The notes below the pieces were generated by a model, which saw only the letters and a list, made by a program, of their open reading frames with translations, did no database searches and had not been told where the DNA came from. From Planctomycetota bacterium (GTDB lineage: Bacteria; Planctomycetota; GCA-002687715; DRQF01): a stretch of 22,862 bases of DNA. A program made the translations under genes and the position numbers. Within the stretch, counting starts at the first letter, position 1, and every line of letters starts with the position of its first letter. This document shows, piece after piece, positions 15,498-22,862 of the stretch. The DNA is taken from NCBI GenBank assembly GCA_036479435.1, contig JAZGFI010000075.1:1-22862 (forward strand), given 5' to 3'.

Positions 15498-18019
15498 ACC
15501 CGTGAGTGCACCTCTTCGAAGAACTCGACCGTGTTGAAGTGTTCAAGATCAACTTTGTCGTACTTGCGGTGAACTTCAAGGGGCATCCGGTAGTCCTCGG
15601 GGCTAAAGCCCTGAGTCCTTTCCAGTTTAAGACCGCGGAGGAAGCAGCGCTTGACCGTCTCGGTGAGCTGCTCTTCGCTGATCTCAAGGCCGGTCATGAG
15701 CTGGATGGCTTCCGCCATCTTCTCGTTGGGCAGGGCCGCAAACTTGCAGATGCCAATGACGTCGTCGCGCATGATCGAACAGCCGCGCTCAGTGATGGCT
15801 TCAACCCAGTAGTCGGCGCCCGCTTCTTTTTCGAAAACGTAGAGCAAATAGGTCTTCATCGACATGTGCCCGCCGGCCAAGGCCCAGGGATAGCCGGGGT
15901 TGAACTGCGGTAAGTAGGCGGGGAACTCGACGCCCTTGCAGTGCATGGCGTAACCGGTTTCACCGAGCGCTTCCGAAAGACGTTTCACGCCCTGGCCGAG
16001 CAACGGGAGTTTGCCCTTGGCCATTTCGGTGATAGCCCGTTGCGCGCCTTCGTAGTTGCCGTACTCGATGTAGTCCGGGATCAAAGACGGCTCGCCCGCC
16101 TCTTTTTTGCGCTTGTTGTACTCCATGGCGTAAGAGATCGTGACGCCGCAAGAGATGGAATCCATGCCGTAGTCGTCGACCATGTCCACCAAGTGAACGG
16201 CTTGATGGATGTCGAAAATCCCGATGTTCGAAGACATCAAGTTCAAGGGCTCAAAATCGAGCTTCGCGTGGAACTTGCCGGGCTTTACTTTGCCCTTGAC
16301 CTCTGTGCGGTCGTAGACGTTTTTGTGACAGGAAATGCCGCAGGCGTAGCAAGCTTCGTCTTTGACCATCAACTCGCCCGCCGCTTCGACGTTGGCGCGG
16401 TACATCGGCACAGAAACATCGGTGCCGGTGGGGTTGAAGTTGTTTTCAGGCATCGCGTGCAGCGGGTTCAAGGCCGTCATGTTGGCCCAAGTGCCGCCGC
16501 CGCCATCGCCTTTTTTTGCGTCGCGAAAGCGCTGGCTTCCGGGCCCGCGCGCGACTTCCATGTTGATCTCTTTGAGGCCCGCGACTTTGACGCCCGGCTT
16601 GGGGTCTTTCATGTCCGCCACGATGGCGAGCAAGTTTTTGGAACCCATCAAACCGCCCATGCCCCCGCGCCCCGCAAAGCGCGACTTCATGTCGCCACTT
16701 TTGAGCTGGTTGAGGGTAGAGAGGCCGATCGCCGCGAAGCGGACTTCTTCGTAGTTCTCGCCGGCGGTGCCAATCGCCGCGAAGTGAGCATCGGGATACT
16801 GGGTGTAGAGGTGTTGGATCTTTTGATTGATCGTCATTCCCTGCAAGTGATGCGCGGGCTTAAACTGGAACGTCGGTTGGCCGTTGGCTTCGTCGTGAGT
16901 GATGTGCAAGTAGACCGGCATGATGGCCTGGCCCGTGAAAATAACTTCCTCCACCCCGAGGTGCCGAAGCTTGGTGCCGAATTTGCCACTGCCGGTCGAC
17001 CACATCGCCGAGGGCTTGTCACTGAGGGAGGCCTTCAGCGGTGAGTAACCGTGGAAGTAGGTGCGTAGGCCGGTCATGAACTGAGTGCCCGACAAAATGC
17101 CGAGGTTCATGATGAGCGGCGCGGCTTTGTCGTAGGGATCTTCAACCTCGTAGTCTTCGAGAATCTTGAATCCGCGGCCGATGCCGCCCAAGACATCTTC
17201 GTAGTCGGCACACTCGACCGTGTCTCGCTTGACGAAATAGGTGCTGAGGTCGATCCGGTACTGTTTGATGCTGAATTCGCGGGGTGACTTGAGATCAGCC
17301 GCCGCGACCGGAGCGGGAGCGGATTTCTTGGCCGGTGCCGCTTCGGATTTCTTAGCAGGTGTGGCGGCGGGCTTTTTCGCCGGAGCTGCCCCCGGCTTAG
17401 CGGCCGGAGTCGTCTCCGGCTTGGCGGCTGGTTTCGCGGTCGCTTTGTTCGGGGCGGGCTTTTTAGGCTCCGGCTTTTTGACTTCAGGTGTTTTGTCGCT
17501 CGGCTTCTCGACGGCCGCCACCGGCTTTGCCGCCGTCGGGGTCTTTGACGTGCGCTTCGTGGTTTTTCGGTCCTCGGAGTCGCCTGTCGCCGTGGCTGGT
17601 TTCTCAGCGGGCTTCTTCTCCGGGTCCGGGGCCTTTTGCGAAATGATCGTCTTCGGCGGTTCTTCGACCGCTGTTGGCATTCGCTCGGCGCTGGTTTTGG
17701 CGACTTTCTTTTTGGCCACCTTCACGACGACTTCGATTTTGGTTCGACCCATCTTGATGACCAAACCGTTCTTCAATGGATGACGATTGCCTTTCCCGAG
17801 AACCGGGCCTCCGACGATGACCGTCTTGTTGGAGCTGCCGACGTCTTCGATTTCAAGGCCACCGCTTCCCTCCAAAATCACGGCGTGGCATCCGGAAACA
17901 TTCTGGTCATTAACGCAGAGTTGGTTGCTGGGGTCGCGCCCGATGGTGGTGCCAGCTTTGATGGCAACGTTGCGGGGGGCTTGATCGGGTTCGTGGAGGC
18001 GAAAGGTGTATTCAGACAT
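15455..18019 (-). CDS. aor: Tungsten-containing aldehyde:ferredoxin oxidoreductase family enzyme with N-terminal FHA domain and Lys/Pro/Ala-rich linker
   Basis: FHA: TIGRDPSNQL..VSGCHA..IEDVGSSNKT. AOR: AGRGGMGGLMGSKNLLAI, PENNF, CYACGISC, DDYGMDSIS (DxxGxD), KGVEFPAY, GGH, DDVIGICKF (fourth Fe-S Cys). Confidence 0.92.
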   Translation of the reverse strand: MSEYTFRLHEPDQAPRNVAIKAGTTIGRDPSNQLCVNDQNVSGCHAVILEGSGGLEIEDVGSSNKTVIVGGPVLGKGNRHPLKNGLVIKMGRTKIEVVVKVAKKKVAKTSAERMPTAVEEPPKTIISQKAPDPEKKPAEKPATATGDSEDRKTTKRTSKTPTAAKPVAAVEKPSDKTPEVKKPEPKKPAPNKATAKPAAKPETTPAAKPGAAPAKKPAATPAKKSEAAPAKKSAPAPVAAADLKSPREFSIKQYRIDLSTYFVKRDTVECADYEDVLGGIGRGFKILEDYEVEDPYDKAAPLIMNLGILSGTQFMTGLRTYFHGYSPLKASLSDKPSAMWSTGSGKFGTKLRHLGVEEVIFTGQAIMPVYLHITHDEANGQPTFQFKPAHHLQGMTINQKIQHLYTQYPDAHFAAIGTAGENYEEVRFAAIGLSTLNQLKSGDMKSRFAGRGGMGGLMGSKNLLAIVADMKDPKPGVKVAGLKEINMEVARGPGSQRFRDAKKGDGGGGTWANMTALNPLHAMPENNFNPTGTDVSVPMYRANVEAAGELMVKDEACYACGISCHKNVYDRTEVKGKVKPGKFHAKLDFEPLNLMSSNIGIFDIHQAVHLVDMVDDYGMDSISCGVTISYAMEYNKRKKEAGEPSLIPDYIEYGNYEGAQRAITEMAKGKLPLLGQGVKRLSEALGETGYAMHCKGVEFPAYLPQFNPGYPWALAGGHMSMKTYLLYVFEKEAGADYWVEAITERGCSIMRDDVIGICKFAALPNEKMAEAIQLMTGLEISEEQLTETVKRCFLRGLKLERTQGFSPEDYRMPLEVHRKYDKVDLEHFNTVEFFEEVHSRVCKSFDEMLLKSGI
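17290..17720 (-). repeat. Low-complexity PAKK/PAAK-type peptide repeats in the FHA-AOR linker (approximate bounds)
   Basis: KPAAKPETTPAAKPGAAPAKKPAATPAKKSEAAPAKKSAPAP. Confidence 0.85.
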
Positions 18020-18072
18020 CAAAAGTCTCTATCGCTCGGGGTGCGTGCCGGGTTGGATCTGAGGTTGAGGCG

Positions 18073-18109
18073 AAAAACGGCGGCCCCATATCGAAGGGTG
18101 CCGCCGTTT
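18073..18109 (-). terminator. Intrinsic-terminator-like hairpin between the ThDP enzyme gene and aor
   Basis: Minus strand AAACGGCGGC-A-CCC-TTCGATAT-GGG-GCCGCCGTTTTT, starting 5 nt after the stop codon. Confidence 0.6.
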
Positions 18110-18114
18110 GAGAT

Positions 18115-19764
18115 TCAAAGAGTGCAGGTAATGGAGCCGAGGCGAGCCGTCAGCTTCATGTTTTCGCTGTAGTCGATCGGGATCGAGATGATCGCCGGCC
18201 CCTCTTGCTGGAAGGCCTCTTCGAGGGCGGGCAGCAGGTCTTTGGATTTGGTGACATGCTTGCCCCAAGCGCCAAAGCTCTCCGCCAACTTCACGAAGTC
18301 GGGGTTGGTGAAAGCCAGGTCGGAGTGCTTGCCAAAGCTCGCCTGCTGCTTCCATTTGATCAGGCCGTACTCGCAGTCTTCCCAGATCAGCTGGACGATG
18401 TTGAGTTTGCGGCGCACCGCGGTCTCAAGGTCTTGGATGTTCATCATCGTACCGGCATCACCACCCACAGCGAGGATGCGGCGATCGGGAAAGACCAACT
18501 TCGCGCCCATTGCGCCTGGGAAGGCGAAACCCATCGTGCAAAAGCCGTTCGAGATCAGGCAAGTGTTGGGCTCGTCGCACTGGTAGTAGCGGCCGATCCA
18601 CATCTTGTGGGCTCCGACGTCGCTCAAAATGATGTCGTTTGGTCCCAAGACCTGACGGCAATCCCAGAGTGCTTTTTGGGGAGTGATCAAGCCGTCGGTG
18701 TCGGCGTCGGCATGTTCGGCGAAGTCGGCGAGCATTTCCTTGCGCAACTTGGCGTGCACGTTGATGTCGAACAGGGGCTTGTCGGGCATACCCTTGTTGA
18801 GTTCGTAGATCGAATCCGCGATGTCGGCGACCAATTCGACATCCGGGTGATAGAGGCTCTCCACTTCGGACTCTTCGAAGTCAATGTGGATGATCTTCTT
18901 GTCGCGCCCGGTGTTCCAAAACTGCGGGTGGTACTCGACGAGGTCGTAGCCAATGGCAATAACCAAGTCGGCTTTTTCCATTTCGCAAGAAACAAGGTCG
19001 CGAGCCTGTAGGCCCATCGTGAATAAACAGTGCTTGTCATCTCGCGCAATCGCGCCCTTGCCCATGAAGGTGCTGACGACACCGATACCAGATTTCTCGG
19101 CGAAGATCCGAAGCTGCTTTGTGGAGCGCTTGCGAATCGAGCCGTTGCCCGCGAGGATCAAAGGGTGCTTGGCATTTTTGATCAGCTCGAGCGCTTGCTT
19201 GACCGCTTTGTGGTCGGCGCCGGGGCGGCGAACCTTGCGCGGCTCCATCGGGACCAAGTCATCCTTCACTTGCGAGTCGGCAAGGTCTTCGGGAAGCTCG
19301 ATGTGCGTGGCCCCCGGTTTTTCGGCGGTAGCGACTTTGAAAGCCTTGCGCACCACTTCCGGAATGTTCTCCGGTTGGCGAACACTGAAGTTCCACTTGG
19401 TGATCGGCCGGAACATCTCAATGCAGTCCATGTTCTGATGCGATTCCTTGTGCAGTCGATGGGTGTCGGCTTGTCCGGTGAGGACGACCATGGGCGCGCG
19501 GTCCATGTTGCCGTCGGCAACGCCCGTCACCAAGTTGGTGGCGCCTGGCCCGAGTGTCGCCAAGCAAACGCCGGGCTTGCCCGTCAAACGCCCGTAGACG
19601 TCGGCCATAAACGCGGCGGCTTGTTCGTGGCGGCAGAGAACGAAGTCGATGTCCGATTCCATCAAGGAAATCATCACATCGGCGTTCTCTTCACCCGGGA
19701 TGCCAAAGATGTACTCGACCCCTTCGGTCTCTAAGCACTTAACGAACAGATCTGATGCCTTCAT
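18115..19764 (-). CDS. ThDP-dependent enzyme, acetolactate-synthase-large-subunit-like; resembles the cyanobacterial 2-oxoglutarate decarboxylase subfamily
   Basis: FGIPGEEN, RHEQAAAFMADVYGRLTGK, TLGPGATN, ESHQ, TFMGKG, SDVGAHKMW, NTCLISNGF, ThDP motif GDAG..., DYSEN. GAGAGG RBS. No ALS small-subunit gene is adjacent. Confidence 0.92.
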   Translation of the reverse strand: MKASDLFVKCLETEGVEYIFGIPGEENADVMISLMESDIDFVLCRHEQAAAFMADVYGRLTGKPGVCLATLGPGATNLVTGVADGNMDRAPMVVLTGQADTHRLHKESHQNMDCIEMFRPITKWNFSVRQPENIPEVVRKAFKVATAEKPGATHIELPEDLADSQVKDDLVPMEPRKVRRPGADHKAVKQALELIKNAKHPLILAGNGSIRKRSTKQLRIFAEKSGIGVVSTFMGKGAIARDDKHCLFTMGLQARDLVSCEMEKADLVIAIGYDLVEYHPQFWNTGRDKKIIHIDFEESEVESLYHPDVELVADIADSIYELNKGMPDKPLFDINVHAKLRKEMLADFAEHADADTDGLITPQKALWDCRQVLGPNDIILSDVGAHKMWIGRYYQCDEPNTCLISNGFCTMGFAFPGAMGAKLVFPDRRILAVGGDAGTMMNIQDLETAVRRKLNIVQLIWEDCEYGLIKWKQQASFGKHSDLAFTNPDFVKLAESFGAWGKHVTKSKDLLPALEEAFQQEGPAIISIPIDYSENMKLTARLGSITCTL

Positions 19765-19925
19765 GGCTCAAGTCCTCTCATGGCGATTAACGGTTAGAAG
19801 GTGGCGCCGGTGCCACCAACCAAAGTCGCGGATCACTGCACAAGCGCTGGAATTACACTATTTAGGGCCCTTTGTGAAGGCCCCATGCGCTATCGGCGTC
19901 TTCTCGTCCATCGGGAGAGTCTAAT

Positions 19926-20369
19926 TTGCAGGATCGCGAACTCGTTCTTTTTGAGTCCTTCGCATGGCGACAGCTCGAGGCCATGGCCCTGGATTCTTGG
20001 CCCCAAGAGGCAAGCGGATGGCTCATTGGTCCCCGCTCCCAGAACGCCTTTGAACGGATCACGCGCCTTGATTGCGCTGAATCGAGCGATGCCCGCTCCG
20101 ACTTCTTCGTCCTCAACCCCGTCCACTACGCCCGGGCCCAATTCGACGCGCGCCGCCAGGGGCAGGACATTTTGGGAATCTTTCATTCACACCCGAACGG
20201 CGCCGCCCACCCTTCGGCCACCGACCTAAGCTGGTCCCGCTCAATGTTCGGCCGCGACCGCGGCTGGCTAGAAATCATTGCCGCTGTGAATGAACATCGC
20301 CGCCTCGACCTCAGCTGTTGGCGCCTCGACGACGGCGTCTACCGCCAATGCAACTTCCGAGTTTCCTAA
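19926..20369 (+). CDS. JAMM/MPN+ (Mov34/JAB, M67) metallopeptidase
   Basis: PQEASGWLIG (catalytic Glu) and GIFHSHPNGAAHPSATD (HxH-x7-S-x2-D). GGGAGAG lies before the TTG start. Confidence 0.9.
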   Translation: MQDRELVLFESFAWRQLEAMALDSWPQEASGWLIGPRSQNAFERITRLDCAESSDARSDFFVLNPVHYARAQFDARRQGQDILGIFHSHPNGAAHPSATDLSWSRSMFGRDRGWLEIIAAVNEHRRLDLSCWRLDDGVYRQCNFRVS

Positions 20370-20561
20370 CCCTCGACTTTTTCACTCGGAAATGAAATCA
20401 CGCTCACTCCCCGCGGGGGCCCCTTAGCCACTAACACTCGCAGTTTGGCAATGACTGCATGCCGCCGGCCTCGTGCGAAAGAATAGGCGGCTTGGTTCTT
20501 GGTGAGGACGCCAACAAACGACCCGGTAGGCCGCAGATTTCTTCGCCGTCTTGGTCGTCAT

Positions 20562-20591
20562 TTGACGGATGATCGAGGAGTAGTCTACAAT
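20562..20591 (+). promoter_or_regulatory. Candidate sigma70-type promoter for the HNH gene
   Basis: TTGACG (20562-20567), 18-nt spacer, TACAAT (20586-20591), about 105 nt upstream of the proposed start. Confidence 0.5.
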
Positions 20592-20695
20592 CTCAGGTCC
20601 GTTTGGCGTTGTTTGCAAGTTCGCGTTTTGCCCATCTCTGGGTTGACTGGTTATGCGGACGCACAAGAAGCATACATCCCTGTTGGAGGTTCCAA

Positions 20696-22261
20696 GTGCG
20701 CAAGAATCTCGTCGTCATGATCTCGGTCGGCGTTCCGCTATTGATTGTGCTGGCCTGTTCCGTACTTCTAAGAAGAGCCTTCGAAAAGCCGATAGAGGAG
20801 GTTCAAAGCGTCGCCGAGCAATCCGTATCAGACTCCAACAAAGAAAACCCGTTCGACTACGAACCGATGTTTGTTGCGAAGCCGCTGCAAGCAGTCATAG
20901 GACAAAAAGACCAAGTCCGTGCCTCGGACTTGTTGCTTGATGATCTCTCTCACGTAGTCGAGATCACCTCAGATAGCGACGAAACCATCTACTTCTGGCG
21001 CATCATTTCCAACCTGGCCCCAGTCCAGTCGAGCGACCCTGTGGAATTCTACGGGACGATCTCTGACTTCCGATCTTGTTGTGCAGAGTTGGAGTTCATC
21101 CGTCAGGTCCATGGACGTGGAAACTGGGAGGCTAGGGTCGAGAATTCCTCAGTCGTAATGGACGGTGCGTGGGACACAGTCTCGTCCGTACTTGGAGATT
21201 TCTACAGCCTCGGCGCGCTCATTGCCAATAATCTCTTCCGAAACCCTGCTGAGTTTTGGGGAAAGGCGTACAGCAGGCGTTTCGAAGTGGCCAAGATCGG
21301 AAAAACGGTCTTCGAGTTTATCTACAACACAAACACCGAGCAGCTCAAGTCAATTGCATCGCGGGCTTTTGACGTCTTTTGGAACGAGAAATGTGACGGT
21401 GTCGCGGCTGAACGAGGTTTCTCGGCAGAGAATCTAAGGTACGCCGAATACTCCAAATCGCTGATCGATGAAGTTGTCAAGTATGAGTGTGGTGGCAACC
21501 TTGTTCCGGAAGTCGCTGCGCTGCTGATACCGGTTTCTAAACTCTCGAAAGTCTCCAATCTAAAGAGGCTAGGGAACACAAAGCAGTGGATCGAAGATGC
21601 GCGAAAGCTAAACCCGGCTTCAGCCGTCAAGCGCCTAACTAAGTTCGGCCTCCGCCGGATGAAGATCGATTCGGAAGCGAAGACTGCGTTGATCAAGAAG
21701 ATCGACTCTCATGTTGCTCTTGTAGATCCGGCGAGGCTTTCCGAGCTGAAAACAGGCAACCGGGGCGCGAATCGTAAATTTAGAAAGTTGATGTTTCATA
21801 TGCATGACGCTGACAATGCAGGGATCAGGCCGCGTGTGTTCTTAAAACATCTCTATGCAAGAATTGACCAGCCCGCTTATGGAAACGCGCAGCACGTGTT
21901 CGTGCCAATTGTCGACAAGAGAAATCTGAGAACTCAGTACATTCGAGCAAAAGAGATGGGGCTGTTCACTCCTGAGAACTACTTGCGCCTACGCGAAGGG
22001 CAGTCGCCTCTTGTCATGCGTGGCCCGTTCAAGGGCAGTGCTGTGGACGTTGACCATATTGTTCCAGTTTCCAAATGCCCCGAGCTTGAGAATTGCTACG
22101 GCAATCTCAGCTGGGAAACGGCGAGCGCGAATCGTCGCAAAGGTGCAAGGCTGACCGCACAATCCCAGGTACGGCTCGACAGGATATCGCGTGAGAGCGG
22201 CTGGGATCTTAACTCGAGGCGTCAGGCTTCCGAATCAACCGTTGGCGTGGTTGATGGATGA
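20696..22261 (+). CDS. Membrane-anchored protein with C-terminal HNH (His-Me finger) nuclease domain
   Basis: GGAGG (20685-20689) then GTG 20696, in frame with ORF 20603..22261. TM segment LVVMISVGVPLLIVLACSVLL. C-terminal VDVDHIVPVSKCPELENCYGNLSWETASANRRKG. Visibly more AT-rich than the upstream genes. Confidence 0.8.
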   Translation: MRKNLVVMISVGVPLLIVLACSVLLRRAFEKPIEEVQSVAEQSVSDSNKENPFDYEPMFVAKPLQAVIGQKDQVRASDLLLDDLSHVVEITSDSDETIYFWRIISNLAPVQSSDPVEFYGTISDFRSCCAELEFIRQVHGRGNWEARVENSSVVMDGAWDTVSSVLGDFYSLGALIANNLFRNPAEFWGKAYSRRFEVAKIGKTVFEFIYNTNTEQLKSIASRAFDVFWNEKCDGVAAERGFSAENLRYAEYSKSLIDEVVKYECGGNLVPEVAALLIPVSKLSKVSNLKRLGNTKQWIEDARKLNPASAVKRLTKFGLRRMKIDSEAKTALIKKIDSHVALVDPARLSELKTGNRGANRKFRKLMFHMHDADNAGIRPRVFLKHLYARIDQPAYGNAQHVFVPIVDKRNLRTQYIRAKEMGLFTPENYLRLREGQSPLVMRGPFKGSAVDVDHIVPVSKCPELENCYGNLSWETASANRRKGARLTAQSQVRLDRISRESGWDLNSRRQASESTVGVVDG

Positions 22262-22737
22262 ACTGGACTCTGAACCACGCGCGGTGATGAAGACAGAGGA
22301 GCCAATCCCGTTTGGAAACGTAATTTCGCTGATCTGACTTTCATCAAAGAAGAAGTTCGTTCGATCGCCAAGAGTTTTGAACGTGCCTTCGACGATGAAG
22401 AAGACCACTCAAGTTACCTCGAACCCATCGTCTTGGAAGGCCGCCGCGCCGACAAACAACGTCTCCGCGCCTTGGCCCCCAAGGCGCGCTACTTGCACAT
22501 CGCCACCCACGGTTGGTTCGCCCCAGATTCCCCTCTCTGTCACCGACCGTCGCCCGGACGACGAAAGAATGGGCATCATGGCCACGGACTTCAAAAGCCA
22601 AGTTCGCGGCTACCTCCCCCCTAACGCTTTGCGGCATCGCTCTCACCGGAGCAGGACTCAAACCCAACGAAGACGGCAGCGACTCTGGTCTCATGACCGG
22701 CACCGAGATCGCTCAGATGGATCTCTCCGGCGTTGAG
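22240..22737 (+). pseudogene. CHAT (caspase-like) domain gene remnant with stops, two frameshifts and truncation
   Basis: Three frames join as ...WKRNFADLTFIKEEVRSIA...LEGRRADKQRLRALAPKARYLHIATHGWFA / SVTDRRPDDERMG..QVRG / SPLTLCGIALTGAG...SGLMTGTEIAQMDLSGVE. It ends just before the expected VLSAC catalytic Cys. Confidence 0.8.
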
Positions 22738-22768
22738 TGTCAGCAGCCAACTTAGTCGAGGGCAATTC

Positions 22769-22826
22769 GGCGATTTATCGCCACGCTCTTTGAGGCTCGT
22801 TGGATTCTGAGCCTCAAAGAGCGTGG
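22769..22826. repeat. REP-like palindromes: 18-bp perfect inverted repeat plus overlapping short palindrome
   Basis: CCACGCTCTTTGAGGCTC (22781-22798), 10-nt loop, GAGCCTCAAAGAGCGTGG (22809-22826). GGCGAT-TT-ATCGCC at 22769-22782. Confidence 0.8.
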
Positions 22827-22862
22827 TGGTCGGCATCCGAGCCATGCCTTTGAAAACCTCGG

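Noticed and set aside
15941..17044. Long + strand ORFs opposite aor, tupA, the ThDP gene and the 865-aa gene (e.g. 15941..17044, 14601..15458, 18205..19011, 6817..7554)
   Set aside because: Antisense shadows expected in high-GC coding DNA, with no recognisable motifs.
18020..18117. TGA readthrough from the ThDP enzyme into aor
   Set aside because: aor is in a different frame, the enzyme ends at a normal family C-terminus, and a terminator-like hairpin follows.
20603..20695. Upstream start of the HNH ORF at 20603
   Set aside because: No RBS at 20603. GGAGG-N6-GTG at 20696 places the TM segment at the N-terminus.
22259..22273. Two in-frame TGAs linking the HNH ORF to CHAT sequence as possible Sec readthrough
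   Set aside because: Not in a redox or Cys motif, and the downstream CHAT is frameshifted and truncated, so decay is the better explanation.

Overview
GC-rich bacterial window; the gene types suggest Planctomycetota/PVC (inference). Most of it is a tungsten-enzyme locus. The + strand carries a MoaD(ubiquitin-like, internal Gly-Gly)-MoeA fusion and a MoeA-PBP fusion. A long - strand run encodes a ThDP enzyme of the ALS-like/2-oxoglutarate decarboxylase type, a tungsten aldehyde oxidoreductase (AOR) with an N-terminal FHA domain and Pro/Ala/Lys linker, TupABC, a lipoprotein plus MacB/LolCDE-type ABC permease and ATPase, a thioredoxin-fold protein, a large membrane-anchored beta-sandwich protein, PPK2 and a beta-hydroxyacid dehydrogenase. 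A JAMM/MPN protease gene is divergent from this run. The ORF track hides two likely selenoproteins flanking the ABC exporter: a TlpA-like protein with an in-frame TGA forming UxxC, and a lipoprotein whose apparent stop TGA-TGA reads through to AAP-U-U-AIPDCK. Both have a similarly placed 8-bp hairpin with a GU-starting loop 34-35 nt after the UGA. The left edge holds a partial serine hydrolase. The right end is an accessory patch: an apparently lower-GC membrane-anchored HNH nuclease, a frameshifted CHAT-domain remnant and REP-like hairpins.
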